Shown here piece by piece: positions 9,159-19,090 of a stretch of 64,000 nt of DNA. The position numbers and the translations under genes are program-made. The stretch is from positions 16,416 to 80,415 of the IMG/VR virus record IMGVR_UViG_3300014204_006651. One strand, given 5' to 3'. Under the pieces are notes generated by a model. It did no database searches. It saw only the letters and a program-made list of their open reading frames with translations, and was not told where the DNA came from. This DNA comes from a virus. Lineage: Duplodnaviria > Heunggongvirae > Uroviricota > Caudoviricetes. Within the stretch, counting starts at the first letter, position 1. Each line of letters opens with the position of its first letter.

Positions 9159-11663
9159 ATGGATGGAAAAATAAAGATACTTTTTTATACGTTAGATTCT
9201 GCCGGGGTAGCGTATTTTCGTACACTTACTCCAGCAATGGAAATAGAAAGAAATCATAGTGATGAATTTTATGTTGAAATTAACCCACAAATTAATTTTA
9301 ATGATCCTAAATTTGTTGACTACTTAAAATCATTTCATATTATACATTATCATCGTCAATTTTTGAGTGATAGTAAACAAATGTTAAATTTAGCTAATGA
9401 GTTAAGAAAATCTGGAACAATTTTGATCTGTGATATTGATGATTATTGGCAATTACATAAAAAACATCCATTTTATAGTATGAGCCTCGAAAAAAAACTT
9501 TATATACCTATTTTGGAAAACTTAAAAATTGCTGATTATGTTACAACCACTACAGATTTATTTGCAAATGAAATTCGTAAAGTAACTGGTAGAGATAATG
9601 TTGGAGTATTTTATAATTCAGTTGATCCAACATGGATGAAACAATTTCAGAATAACTGGAAACCAGACCCGGATGGTAGAGTTAGGATAAGTTATATGGC
9701 AGGGTCGAGCCATATGGTTGATATTGAACAACTTGAAGGAGTTATGAATGTATTATCAAATGATACTTCATTAAGAGATAAATTTAAAGTAATTATAGCA
9801 GGTTGGGATACTGAAGGTAATACTACTGATATTACATTTAATCAGGAGTTTGGAACTGAACTCCAAAAAAGAGGTTTATGGGTATATGAAGTAGTTAAAG
9901 CAATTAATAATTCAAGAGGTGATGTGGATAAAATACCTAAATTACCCGCAGATTTAAAAGAAAAATATAGGGGAAAGATTTTTGATTCACAACAGAGAGA
10001 TATTAAATCAACTGAAAGTGTTTATTATTTATATGAAAATATTTTAACGGATAAACATAGAATGATAAATAATCCTGATTATTACCAATGGTTACATAAT
10101 TTTGAAAGAAATGTTGATTATCCCAATGAAGGAAATTTTGCACGTAGATGGACACAAAAAGCAAATACTTATGCACAAGTTTTAAATGAAACTGATATTG
10201 TACTTGCACCATTGGCTGATAATTCATTTAATAGAATGAAATGTGTTACTGAAGATACTTTAATATCAACCAATAAGGGGATATATAAAATTGGTGATAT
10301 TGTCAATAATTCTTGTAAGGACATTAAAATAATGCATGAAAATGTTATTAATTTATTTAAATATCCAAATGAAAGGGTAATTAAATTAACAACACATATT
10401 GGTGTTGAAATTGAGGGTACTGAGACACATAGAATAATGGTAGGGGGTGAGTGGAAAATGTTAAAAGATTTTGAAATTGGTGATCTTATTAATATTTCTC
10501 CTTTTGAAATTGAAACAAAAGAATACCAAAGAATTCATTATCCATTATTATTAAGTAAGAGGATAACTGAAACAACATTAAATAATTCAACTAAACTAAT
10601 GATGCCGTCAATTGAAATTAATGAGAATTACGGTAGATTTTTTGGATACATGGTTGGTGATGGTCATTTTTCAAAGGGTTATTTAAATATAAGTTGTGAT
10701 AAAAGACATATAAATGTGGTTCAAGATATTAAAGAACTTGTTGAAAGCATGGGATTAATGCCCATTATATATGAGAAAAAACCGGATAGTCGTTGTATAA
10801 ATTCATATATTAAAGAGGGTTTTGGTATTGAAGTTAGAATACCATCGAAGCATTTAGCAAATATATGTTATCAAGAGAATTTGAGAGATGAAAAGGGAAA
10901 GATTTTTGAAGTACCTCATTTTATATTAAAATCTCCAAAGTCTGTAATACGAGAATTTTTACGTGGATTATTCGAAGCAGACGGAACTGTTAATGCGGAA
11001 TCATCAAACATGAGTTTATGTACAAAAAGCTTTATTTTAGCCAAACAAGTACAATATTTATTACTTGGGTTTGGGATTGTATCAATCATAGACAAAGCAT
11101 TGAATAAGAAATATAAAAGATATTACTATTATGTTAAATTGAACCGTGATGCTTCGGATATTTTCTACAGTGAAATTGGGTTTATATCCGAAATTAAGTG
11201 TGAAAAATTAAAGAGAATTACCGAAAAATTACATAGTAATAGATTTATGAAACAAAGTTTTAATACTACCATTCTAAATGTTGAATATTCGGTAAAGGAT
11301 GTTTATGATGTTGAGGTTGAAAATATTCATCAATATAATGGTAATGGTATAATTAATCATAATTCAAATCTTAAGCAAGTTGAATGTTGGACAAGAAAAC
11401 TTCCTATTGTGTGTTCAGATATTCCACCTTATAATGTACATGGTAGGCATATGGAAAATTGTGTGTTAATCCCTGCTGTAAAAAATGCACATAAATATTG
11501 GCAAAAATATTTAAAAAGACTAATTTTAAATCCTGATTTAAGAAAACAAATTGGTGAACAACTTTATGAGGATTTTAAAGAAGACTATAATCTTGCAAAT
11601 GTTACTAAAAAACGTATAGAGTTTTATAAAGCAGCGGTTGCAAAAACATTGGCAGTAATTTAA
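9159..11663 (+). CDS. GT-B (GT4-like) glycosyltransferase precursor interrupted by an intein
   Basis: The N-extein ends ...LAPLADNSFNRMK and the C-extein begins SNLKQVECWTRKLPIVCSDIPPY. This is the GT4 E-x7-E region, a typical conserved-site location for intein insertion. Confidence 0.7.
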   Translation: MDGKIKILFYTLDSAGVAYFRTLTPAMEIERNHSDEFYVEINPQINFNDPKFVDYLKSFHIIHYHRQFLSDSKQMLNLANELRKSGTILICDIDDYWQLHKKHPFYSMSLEKKLYIPILENLKIADYVTTTTDLFANEIRKVTGRDNVGVFYNSVDPTWMKQFQNNWKPDPDGRVRISYMAGSSHMVDIEQLEGVMNVLSNDTSLRDKFKVIIAGWDTEGNTTDITFNQEFGTELQKRGLWVYEVVKAINNSRGDVDKIPKLPADLKEKYRGKIFDSQQRDIKSTESVYYLYENILTDKHRMINNPDYYQWLHNFERNVDYPNEGNFARRWTQKANTYAQVLNETDIVLAPLADNSFNRMKCVTEDTLISTNKGIYKIGDIVNNSCKDIKIMHENVINLFKYPNERVIKLTTHIGVEIEGTETHRIMVGGEWKMLKDFEIGDLINISPFEIETKEYQRIHYPLLLSKRITETTLNNSTKLMMPSIEINENYGRFFGYMVGDGHFSKGYLNISCDKRHINVVQDIKELVESMGLMPIIYEKKPDSRCINSYIKEGFGIEVRIPSKHLANICYQENLRDEKGKIFEVPHFILKSPKSVIREFLRGLFEADGTVNAESSNMSLCTKSFILAKQVQYLLLGFGIVSIIDKALNKKYKRYYYYVKLNRDASDIFYSEIGFISEIKCEKLKRITEKLHSNRFMKQSFNTTILNVEYSVKDVYDVEVENIHQYNGNGIINHNSNLKQVECWTRKLPIVCSDIPPYNVHGRHMENCVLIPAVKNAHKYWQKYLKRLILNPDLRKQIGEQLYEDFKEDYNLANVTKKRIEFYKAAVAKTLAVI
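10242..11363 (+). mobile_element. intein (374 aa) with a LAGLIDADG homing-endonuclease domain
   Basis: It begins with Cys (CVTEDTLIS) and ends with HN followed by a +1 Ser. The internal motifs FFGYMVGDGHF and EFLRGLFEADGTVNA are LAGLIDADG-like. The splice junctions restore a contiguous GT motif. Confidence 0.75.
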
Positions 11664-11930
11664 AATTAATTTTATGAAAAAAAAAGAAAAAAAGAAACTG
11701 AAGAAAGAAAAAAAACAGAAAAAATTTCAAGCTTCTAAAGAAAAAGAATTAAAAAATTTCGTAAGAAAAAAGAAAAAAAAGAAAAAAAAATTCACAAAAA
11801 GGTAGAAGAAGCATTTAAAGTTAGAATTGCTACCCAAAATTTTACCGGATTAAAATCTGTTGATCAACCTAAAACGGACAAAATTATTAATAATCTAACT
11901 AAATCGGTTATCCTTAATGATAAATTATTG
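11664..11930. repeat. purine-rich (A/G) low-complexity intergenic tract
   Basis: Long A-runs interrupted by G (aaaaaaagaaaaaaagaaactgaagaaagaaaaaaaacagaaaaaa...). Every frame yields a short Lys-rich peptide and there is no canonical start. The zero frame stays open from 11670 into ORF 11928. Confidence 0.5.
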
Positions 11931-12143
11931 AAAGAAGATGGAAATCGATTGAAAGAACAGCAAGAAAACCATATCAATCAATTATTTGCTGAATTTAGAA
12001 ATTTAGTTAATAAATATTATGAAGCATTAAATGTTGACATTAATAAACTTAAAAATGAAATTGTTCGTAAAAAATATGAATTAGAAACACTTAATGAACA
12101 AATAAAAGTAAAAGAAAAAAAAGCTGAGTTAGTAACTGAATGA
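11928..12143 (+). CDS. hypothetical coiled-coil protein (start uncertain)
   Basis: The frame is open from 11670 with no ATG or GTG; the first possible start is the TTG at 11928. Its stop overlaps the next ATG (ATGA). Confidence 0.3.
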   Translation: MKEDGNRLKEQQENHINQLFAEFRNLVNKYYEALNVDINKLKNEIVRKKYELETLNEQIKVKEKKAELVTE

Positions 12144-13057
12144 AAAAAATCTTAGGAAAAATAATTTTGTGGATTTATATTAAAATTCATAGTTTAATGA
12201 TTAATCTAAGTATTGCACTTTATAATACTGAAGAAGAAATACTTAAAGCTAATCCAAATGATTTACAAGAAAAGGATAAGAAGACTACAAGAAAACTTCA
12301 TCGAAATCCATTACTTGAAAAATTTTATGCGGGGCAACGTGATGAGAAGTATGTTCAAGATTATTATGAATTATTAAAAAAAACTGATAATTTTATACGT
12401 AAAGCAACTCCATATAAAATGGGAGTTGCTGCAGATAAATACCATATGAATTATGGTCAAAAAGATCAATACGGTAGAAGATATGAACATATGGGTTTTT
12501 TTGATGATAAACATAAAAATGCCGGGAAAACATTGGGTGAAGTATTGGTAGCAGAATATAAAGAAAGACGCACAAAAGATGATGAATATGAACTTCTCTA
12601 TATTTTCAATAATAAACCTGTTGAAACTGGATTAGCTAATATTATAGATGTTGTTGAAAAAACAAAAAAAGAAAAGATTAATTTTGAATATGAAGTACAA
12701 GATATTTTTAAAAAATCTAAACAATTCACGTTTCCATTGAAAGTTTTTCATGAAAATATTAACACAATTAATAAAATTGAACAATTAACCGAATTTTTAC
12801 ATATAAAAAAAATTGGTTTTGAATATAGACAGTTAGAATTTTTTATACCATTAAATTTTAAAACTAATGAAGTTCCTGATGATTCAGAAGTGTTTAGAGA
12901 ACTTATTGATATTAAAAATGTATATATTATAAATGATTATGGTGAATTAATTGGTTTTGGTATAATTAATTTTATTAAAAGAATAAAACATAATAACACC
13001 CATGAAGTCTGGAAATTTAAAGGGATTGAAATGGAGACAGTAAAAGTGGGAAGATAA
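12140..13057 (+). CDS. hypothetical protein
   Basis: 305-aa ORF with tight operon spacing. Confidence 0.5.
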   Translation: MKKILGKIILWIYIKIHSLMINLSIALYNTEEEILKANPNDLQEKDKKTTRKLHRNPLLEKFYAGQRDEKYVQDYYELLKKTDNFIRKATPYKMGVAADKYHMNYGQKDQYGRRYEHMGFFDDKHKNAGKTLGEVLVAEYKERRTKDDEYELLYIFNNKPVETGLANIIDVVEKTKKEKINFEYEVQDIFKKSKQFTFPLKVFHENINTINKIEQLTEFLHIKKIGFEYRQLEFFIPLNFKTNEVPDDSEVFRELIDIKNVYIINDYGELIGFGIINFIKRIKHNNTHEVWKFKGIEMETVKVGR

Positions 13058-13068
13058 AATTTTATAAT

Positions 13069-13497
13069 ATGGGAAATTTTTTAGACGATCTTAAAAAGGC
13101 TGTTGAAAAAGGTGAATTTAATTCTGATGCAGCAAAAAAAATAAATGATATTAATGAACTTGCTAATCAAAAAGGTAATGCTGGTGCGTTATTAGAAAAA
13201 CGCTTAGAAACTGCTGGTATTAAAACTGCTTCTGAAGAAGAAGCTACGTTAGCAAATACTGAGTATGAAAATCAAATGATTATGTTAAAAAAACAAGATG
13301 ATTATAATAAATTAGTTGTAACACTTATTGAAATTGAAGATATGGTGAAAATGAGTATCAATGATATGTTTTCACACATCATTGAACTTGAAAGTAAATT
13401 CGAAAAAGAATTTGAAAATAAAGACCCAATGTTTGTTGATTTATATCAAAAAATTAATGAAATTAAATCTAAATATGATAAATTAAATAACATTTAA
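13069..13497 (+). CDS. hypothetical protein
   Basis: 142-aa ORF that is acidic and predicted helical. Confidence 0.5.
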   Translation: MGNFLDDLKKAVEKGEFNSDAAKKINDINELANQKGNAGALLEKRLETAGIKTASEEEATLANTEYENQMIMLKKQDDYNKLVVTLIEIEDMVKMSINDMFSHIIELESKFEKEFENKDPMFVDLYQKINEIKSKYDKLNNI

Positions 13498-13507
13498 ATT
13501 AAAATTT

Positions 13508-13972
13508 ATGGCAAAATTTGAAAAAGCATCTGATGATGTCGTCAATTTATTTGACGAAATAAAAGAAAAAACCACAATTCCACATTGGATTTCATTTGAA
13601 ATTCTTTGTAATGTCAAACAAAAAGAACTCTATAAAATTGTTAAAATGAATGATCTTATTGAAACAATTACCGATGGAGTTAATTTTGCTGTTGTTTTTA
13701 ATGAAGACATTCTTGATCAAATGCCTGATGAACAAAAAGAAATGGCAATTATTGAATGTCTTGCTGGTGTTTCATTTAATGAAAATGATACTGTTTCATT
13801 AGAAAAACCAAATTTCAGTACATATCGGGGAGTTCTTGAAAAATATGGACATGATCCGATTATAGTATTACATGAATCAATTAAAAGTCTTTTTGATGCT
13901 AAGAAACAAAAAGAAGATGAATTGAAAGCAACAAATAAAGGTAAAAGAGGTAGAAATAGAATTACCAAATAG
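13508..13972 (+). CDS. hypothetical protein with a basic C-terminal tail
   Basis: 154-aa ORF ending KGKRGRNRITK, with a terminator downstream. Confidence 0.5.
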   Translation: MAKFEKASDDVVNLFDEIKEKTTIPHWISFEILCNVKQKELYKIVKMNDLIETITDGVNFAVVFNEDILDQMPDEQKEMAIIECLAGVSFNENDTVSLEKPNFSTYRGVLEKYGHDPIIVLHESIKSLFDAKKQKEDELKATNKGKRGRNRITK

Positions 13973-13994
13973 TATTTAATATTATATAAATATA

Positions 13995-14028
13995 AATCCC
14001 GGCAATTAGTTGTCGGGATTTTTTTGTT
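13995..14028 (+). terminator. rho-independent terminator
   Basis: AATCCCG-loop-CGGGATT hairpin (13995-14020) followed by TTTTTGTTT. Confidence 0.6.
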
Positions 14029-14033
14029 TATAA

Positions 14034-14042
14034 GTATTTATA
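14034..14042 (+). promoter_or_regulatory. GTATTTATAGAAAAA promoter-like motif for the baseplate operon
   Basis: The same extended motif as at 6814 and 49674, 15 nt before the ATG at 14058. Confidence 0.45.
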
Positions 14043-14057
14043 GAAAAATCTTTTATA

Positions 14058-14453
14058 ATGACATATAATATTAAATTTCCAATTAACGATGATGTTAACG
14101 TAAATACTTATTTTGCTTTAAGTAAAATAACTAAAGATGCTTTAACTTCAGATTTATTATTGTTGTTATTAACCCAAAAAGGTGAAAGATATTATGAACC
14201 AGATTATGGTACAGATTTATTAAGATTTATTTTTGAACCAAACGATAATTTAGTTGAACCAGATGTTGAACAGGAAATTAAAAGAATAGTTTCATTATAT
14301 ATTCCTGCATTAAGAATCGATAAAATAACTTTCACTACCCTATCGAATGATGATGGTTTACCAATATCTGAAACACAATTAAATGTCAATATTAAATTTA
14401 CATATTCAGAAGATACATTTACTGAACAAGGAAGTCTTGATTTAAAATTTTAA
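14058..14453 (+). CDS. baseplate wedge protein, gp25/GPW-like
   Basis: 131 aa, the size of gp25/W. The central YYEPDYGTDLLRFIFEP resembles the GPW_gp25 signature (Y-G-x-x-L). Confidence 0.65.
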   Translation: MTYNIKFPINDDVNVNTYFALSKITKDALTSDLLLLLLTQKGERYYEPDYGTDLLRFIFEPNDNLVEPDVEQEIKRIVSLYIPALRIDKITFTTLSNDDGLPISETQLNVNIKFTYSEDTFTEQGSLDLKF

Positions 14454-14456
14454 AAT

Positions 14457-14744
14457 ATGTCAAAAAATTTAACAACTGAAGAATTTATAAATAAAGCAAA
14501 ATTAAAACATAGTAATAAATATAATTTTGATTTTTATCTTCCTAAAAATAATCTATTGATAGAATTTGATGGTCAACAACATTTTAATATAATTAATTAT
14601 TGGGGAGGTATTGATAGATTTAAAAAACAGGAAATGATTAATGAAATTAAAAATAAATTTGCTAAAAAAAATAAGATAAATTTATTAAGAATTAAGTATA
14701 ATGAAATTAATAATATCGAAAATATTTTAAATAATAAACTATAA
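14457..14744 (+). CDS. small Vsr/DUF559-like endonuclease (homing-endonuclease-like) inserted between baseplate genes
   Basis: LLIEFDGQQHF ... LLRI resembles the DUF559/Vsr core. It sits between the gp25-like and J-like genes, and its stop overlaps the next ATG. Confidence 0.4.
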   Translation: MSKNLTTEEFINKAKLKHSNKYNFDFYLPKNNLLIEFDGQQHFNIINYWGGIDRFKKQEMINEIKNKFAKKNKINLLRIKYNEINNIENILNNKL

Positions 14745-16576
14745 TGGGAAATAATATAATTCAATATGGTTCAAGAACATTCGGGGAAATTAGAAATGAT
14801 TTAATAACATACATTAGACAGACATATCCCGAAGTACTTAGCGATTTTACTGATTCAAGTGTTGGTGCTATACTTATCGATCTCAATGCTGGTATTGGTA
14901 ACAATTTAGCAATTAATACTGATAGGGCATTTCAAGAAACACAATTAGAATATGCTCAACAAAGAGCATCAATATTAGATATAGCAAAAAATATGGGATT
15001 TAATATTCCAGCACGAAGACCATCAGTAACTATTATTGATTTTACTATAAATGTTCCGGTGCTTGGAGATAGACCCGATCCATCATATTTTCCAAAATTA
15101 GCTGTTGGAGCACAAGTTGTTGGAGGCGGTAAAACTTTTGAAACTCAAGAAATTATTGATTGGAGTTCTTCAGTTAGTAATCTTGGTGATCCTAATCGTT
15201 CAATTATACCTAATTTAGATTCAGATGGTGTTATTCAAAACTATAGTATTACTAAAAGAGAAGTTGTTATAAATGGTGTAACAAGTATCTATAAAAGAAT
15301 TATTACAGCAAATGATGTAATACCTTTTCTTTCAATTATTTTACCTGATCCTAATGTTATTGAAATTGAAAGTGTAATATTATTAGAAGGTACAAATTGG
15401 TCATCAAATCCAGATTCAAGTTATTTTAATAATGATGATTATAGATTTTATGAAGTAGATTATTTAGCACAACAAAGAGTTTTTATTGAAAACACCAATA
15501 GTTCAGCAATTAATGAATCAGGAGTTAAAGCAGCTAAATGGATTGATGTTACAAAAAAATTTATAAAAGAATTTACACCTAATGGATTTTGTAAACTAAT
15601 ATTTGGTTCTGGTGATGCAGATGTTAATGCATTTCAGAATGGATTATTAAAAGAAGGTGTTAGTAATCGTGGATTTCTTGATAATTTTTTAAATAATACT
15701 GCCTTGGGAGAAAGACTTAAAGCAGGATACACATTGTTTATAAAATATAGAACTGGTGGTGGAAGTAGTTCCAATATTGGTGCAAGAGTATTAACTCAAC
15801 TTGGTAGTTATAATTTAATTGTTATTGGTTCACGTTCAGAATTTAATCAAGCAGTACAAAGAAGTATTAAAGTAAATAATCCAATTCCAGCAATTGGTGG
15901 AAATGATGGATTAAGTATTGAACAAATAAGACAATTAACAAAATATAATTTTGGAAGTCAAAATAGAGATGTTACACTTACAGATTATTTATTGCAACTT
16001 TATAAAATGCCCGGAAAATTTGGTTCACCATTTCGTGCAAATGCATTTAGAGAAAATAATAAAATTATAATTTCATTACTTGGTTTAGGATCAGATGGTA
16101 AATTATCAAATATGAGCAATACATTATTGAAAGAAAATATTGCAGAATATCTTAGTCAATTTCGAATGGTTAATGATTTTATTGAAATTAAAGACGGTAA
16201 AATTTTTAATCTTGCTTTTGATGTTGATGTTTATGTTGATAATATTACTGATAATCAAATTGCTAATAATATAATTATACTTATTAAAGATTATTTTAAT
16301 ATTAATAATTATGAAATGAATCAGGATGTTTTTCTTGGTAAACTTCAAAGACAGATTTTAGAAGCTAATGGTGTTATAAATGTTATTAGTATTAAGTCTT
16401 ATAATAAAGTTGGGGGTCAATATTCAAATAATGTTATATCTCAAACAATTGCAAATGCTTCAACTGGTGAAATTAGTCTTATAAATAATACTATTTATTC
16501 TGTTAAAGATTCAATGTTTGAAATTAGATATCCTGAAAAAGATATTAAAGTATATTTAAGAAAGAATATTGGATAA
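14744..16576 (+). CDS. baseplate J-like (gp6-like) protein, putative
   Basis: 610 aa, placed directly after the gp25/W-like gene as in P2 (W-J) and T4 (25-6). There is no decisive motif, so this is a call by synteny. Confidence 0.45.
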   Translation: MGNNIIQYGSRTFGEIRNDLITYIRQTYPEVLSDFTDSSVGAILIDLNAGIGNNLAINTDRAFQETQLEYAQQRASILDIAKNMGFNIPARRPSVTIIDFTINVPVLGDRPDPSYFPKLAVGAQVVGGGKTFETQEIIDWSSSVSNLGDPNRSIIPNLDSDGVIQNYSITKREVVINGVTSIYKRIITANDVIPFLSIILPDPNVIEIESVILLEGTNWSSNPDSSYFNNDDYRFYEVDYLAQQRVFIENTNSSAINESGVKAAKWIDVTKKFIKEFTPNGFCKLIFGSGDADVNAFQNGLLKEGVSNRGFLDNFLNNTALGERLKAGYTLFIKYRTGGGSSSNIGARVLTQLGSYNLIVIGSRSEFNQAVQRSIKVNNPIPAIGGNDGLSIEQIRQLTKYNFGSQNRDVTLTDYLLQLYKMPGKFGSPFRANAFRENNKIIISLLGLGSDGKLSNMSNTLLKENIAEYLSQFRMVNDFIEIKDGKIFNLAFDVDVYVDNITDNQIANNIIILIKDYFNINNYEMNQDVFLGKLQRQILEANGVINVISIKSYNKVGGQYSNNVISQTIANASTGEISLINNTIYSVKDSMFEIRYPEKDIKVYLRKNIG

Positions 16577-16794
16577 TGGAAGTATTAAAAAAAAACATAA
16601 AATTATTAATGACAACTGGTATAACAACCAATTGTAATAAAGATTGTTTTATATTTATACCTGATCTAACTGTTAATTATAACATTAAATTTGGTTTAAC
16701 TCAAGAAGCTCATGATTTTGGGTTTTTTGATGCATATATTCCTGAAACCGGAATTACTTCACAATTAGGGGTGGAAATTGGAAATGAAGAATAG
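16576..16794 (+). CDS. hypothetical small protein
   Basis: 72 aa, start overlapping the upstream stop (ATAATGG). Confidence 0.35.
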   Translation: MEVLKKNIKLLMTTGITTNCNKDCFIFIPDLTVNYNIKFGLTQEAHDFGFFDAYIPETGITSQLGVEIGNEE

Positions 16795-16855
16795 TGTATT
16801 TTATTAATATCTGGTGGAATAAGAGCACCATTATAATTAACATTAAAATAAAAAA

Positions 16856-17302
16856 ATGATAGTAAGTGGAACATCATATAGTAGATTGAGCGAATTGGAA
16901 ACATATAAAGTAAATCCTACATATTTAACAAAATATATTTCTGGTGGATCAATAAGTAAAGATGGTTTAGATTATACTAAATCTATTGAAAATGCTTATT
17001 ATATATATTATATTGGTGGAATAAGATATGTTGATACCATTATTAATCAAAATACTACAACTACTATATATAGTTTTACAACATATGGTACAAATAGTCC
17101 CAATTTTATTAATGTACCAATGTTTAAAAATCCAAATAAGGAAAGAATAATTAGCAATCCAAAAATTGATGATGATGTATTTATAATTAGACAAGAAATA
17201 TCGGCATTTGATAAAAATTATAAATTAGAATTTATTAGAAGTCTTGTAGATTTAGAAACATATGCTGGTGGAAATTTTTTTAATATCATAAAAAATAGTT
17301 AA
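16856..17302 (+). CDS. hypothetical baseplate/tail-associated protein
   Basis: 148 aa in the structural operon. Its position is analogous to P2 gpI. Confidence 0.4.
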   Translation: MIVSGTSYSRLSELETYKVNPTYLTKYISGGSISKDGLDYTKSIENAYYIYYIGGIRYVDTIINQNTTTTIYSFTTYGTNSPNFINVPMFKNPNKERIISNPKIDDDVFIIRQEISAFDKNYKLEFIRSLVDLETYAGGNFFNIIKNS

Positions 17303-17441
17303 ATATGGCAAACCAATATAATAGAAAAGAATATAAAAAATCAGAAATTAATGAAATAATTTCATTATATCAATCTGGTGTTTCATTTTCTAAAAGAACA
17401 AAATGTTCAATAAATAAAGAAGAATTAATAAATATATAAAA

Positions 17442-18347
17442 ATGGCTATTTCTACTTATGGTGTTGTTCGTCCCGCAGATGTAAATATTAATGATATTGA
17501 TATTTATTATAATTATACCCCTGATAGACAAACATCTAATGATAATATATTTAAAATTGAATCACCAAGTGATTTATTATCTTATTGTTATTTACCTGAT
17601 ACTGAACAAGTATTGGGTTTTGAAAATTTATTAGAGGGTCTATATAATTTAAGATTACCTGCATCAACATTCAATCAATTAGGTATTTATACAATTTATA
17701 TAAAACCTAAAGTATTTTCTATTGAAATTATTGATTGTAGTGTTTTATCCGCATTACCGTCAGTAAAGGGAATTGTGGTTAATGTTAATGATTTACCCGA
17801 AACAGCAAAAGCAAATAATGCATTACAGGGTTATCGTATTGAATATATAAATTCTGATGGAACTAAACTTCGAAATGTTGTTCGATATATAGTAACATCA
17901 AATAAAGTAATTGCAGTTAGTGAAAATATTGGTAATACAAGTCAAAAATCACAAAGATATCGTTTTGATGATTCTGGTTCGTTAATGTTTTTACAATTAA
18001 CACCAAGTAGTTCATCAGATGTTAAACCAAATACTTTTCCATTTATTGGAACTCCGGGGCAAGTAATGTTATTATCAAACACCTTTTTTACTCCATTAAC
18101 ATTGGAAATTGAATTAGTTGAAAATACTATTGATACTTTGACAGAAATTATTGCAGGTGAAGAAATTAAAGACGTTCAAAAAGGTATTTTAACACATTAT
18201 GATAAAAATAGAGTAATAACAAAACAGTTTAACTTATATGAAGTAAAAGAAGATACTATTGATGTACCGCTTTACGAAGTTAAAGAAAAGAGAATAAATA
18301 TAGACGATACACAAAACTTTGACGACATTACAAGTGAAGTACAATAA
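17442..18347 (+). CDS. hypothetical structural protein
   Basis: 301-aa ORF in the late operon. Confidence 0.45.
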   Translation: MAISTYGVVRPADVNINDIDIYYNYTPDRQTSNDNIFKIESPSDLLSYCYLPDTEQVLGFENLLEGLYNLRLPASTFNQLGIYTIYIKPKVFSIEIIDCSVLSALPSVKGIVVNVNDLPETAKANNALQGYRIEYINSDGTKLRNVVRYIVTSNKVIAVSENIGNTSQKSQRYRFDDSGSLMFLQLTPSSSSDVKPNTFPFIGTPGQVMLLSNTFFTPLTLEIELVENTIDTLTEIIAGEEIKDVQKGILTHYDKNRVITKQFNLYEVKEDTIDVPLYEVKEKRINIDDTQNFDDITSEVQ

Positions 18348-18356
18348 ATTAAAATA

Positions 18357-19079
18357 ATGGATGAAATATTTCCTTTAGTTAGTTGTCTGATGGTTACCAG
18401 AGCAGCTAATATGAAAATTATAGATAATGCATTATATTCATATATTAATCAAACGTATAAAAATAAGGAACTTATAATCATCACTGATTGTGAATCTAAA
18501 AATTTGGATGATCTGAAAATACTTTTAAATGATTATTCAGATGAAAATATCAAACTTATTTATTTAAAAGAAAAATTAAAAATGGGTGCATTAAGAAACG
18601 TATCTATTGATAATGCTTCTGGTGAATATTGTATTCAATGGGATGATGATGATTTATATCATGAAGAAAGAATTGAAAGACAATATTTAGAATTAATTAG
18701 TGGTGATTATGATTATTGCTTACTTAAAGAATTTACGATGTATTTTTATAATACACATTTATTGTCAACAAACAGATGGTATGATGATTTCATATCAGGA
18801 TTGCCACCATCAATTATGTTTCGAAAAAATATGAAATATAGATATCCTGATAATATTCAGTTTAGTGAGGATATTGTAATAGGTAATCAACTAAATTTAA
18901 AATATTCAATACTTTCTGATTTACCATATTTATATGTTTATACATATCATGGTTATAATTCATTTGAATATCAACATTATTTAAAATTATATAGAGAAAC
19001 AAAAATAAATTTTAATGAAGAAATTATTGAAAAAATAATATCTTTACTTAACTATAAAAATCTTGATTATAGGTTTTAA
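18357..19079 (+). CDS. GT2-like (GT-A fold) glycosyltransferase, tandem paralog 1
   Basis: N-terminal PLVSCLMVTRAAN ... YINQTYKNKELIIITD resembles the GT2 opening (SVIIPTYN ... QTY ... EIIVVDD). There is a DxD-like QWDDDDLYHE. Confidence 0.45.
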   Translation: MDEIFPLVSCLMVTRAANMKIIDNALYSYINQTYKNKELIIITDCESKNLDDLKILLNDYSDENIKLIYLKEKLKMGALRNVSIDNASGEYCIQWDDDDLYHEERIERQYLELISGDYDYCLLKEFTMYFYNTHLLSTNRWYDDFISGLPPSIMFRKNMKYRYPDNIQFSEDIVIGNQLNLKYSILSDLPYLYVYTYHGYNSFEYQHYLKLYRETKINFNEEIIEKIISLLNYKNLDYRF

Positions 19080-19090
19080 ATTTTAAAATA

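Noticed and set aside
11674-11751. Lys-rich 26-codon ORF (MKKKEKKKLKKEKNRKNFKLLKKKKN) as a histone-like gene.
   Set aside because: It is a by-product of the poly-purine tract, and every frame there encodes Lys-rich peptides.
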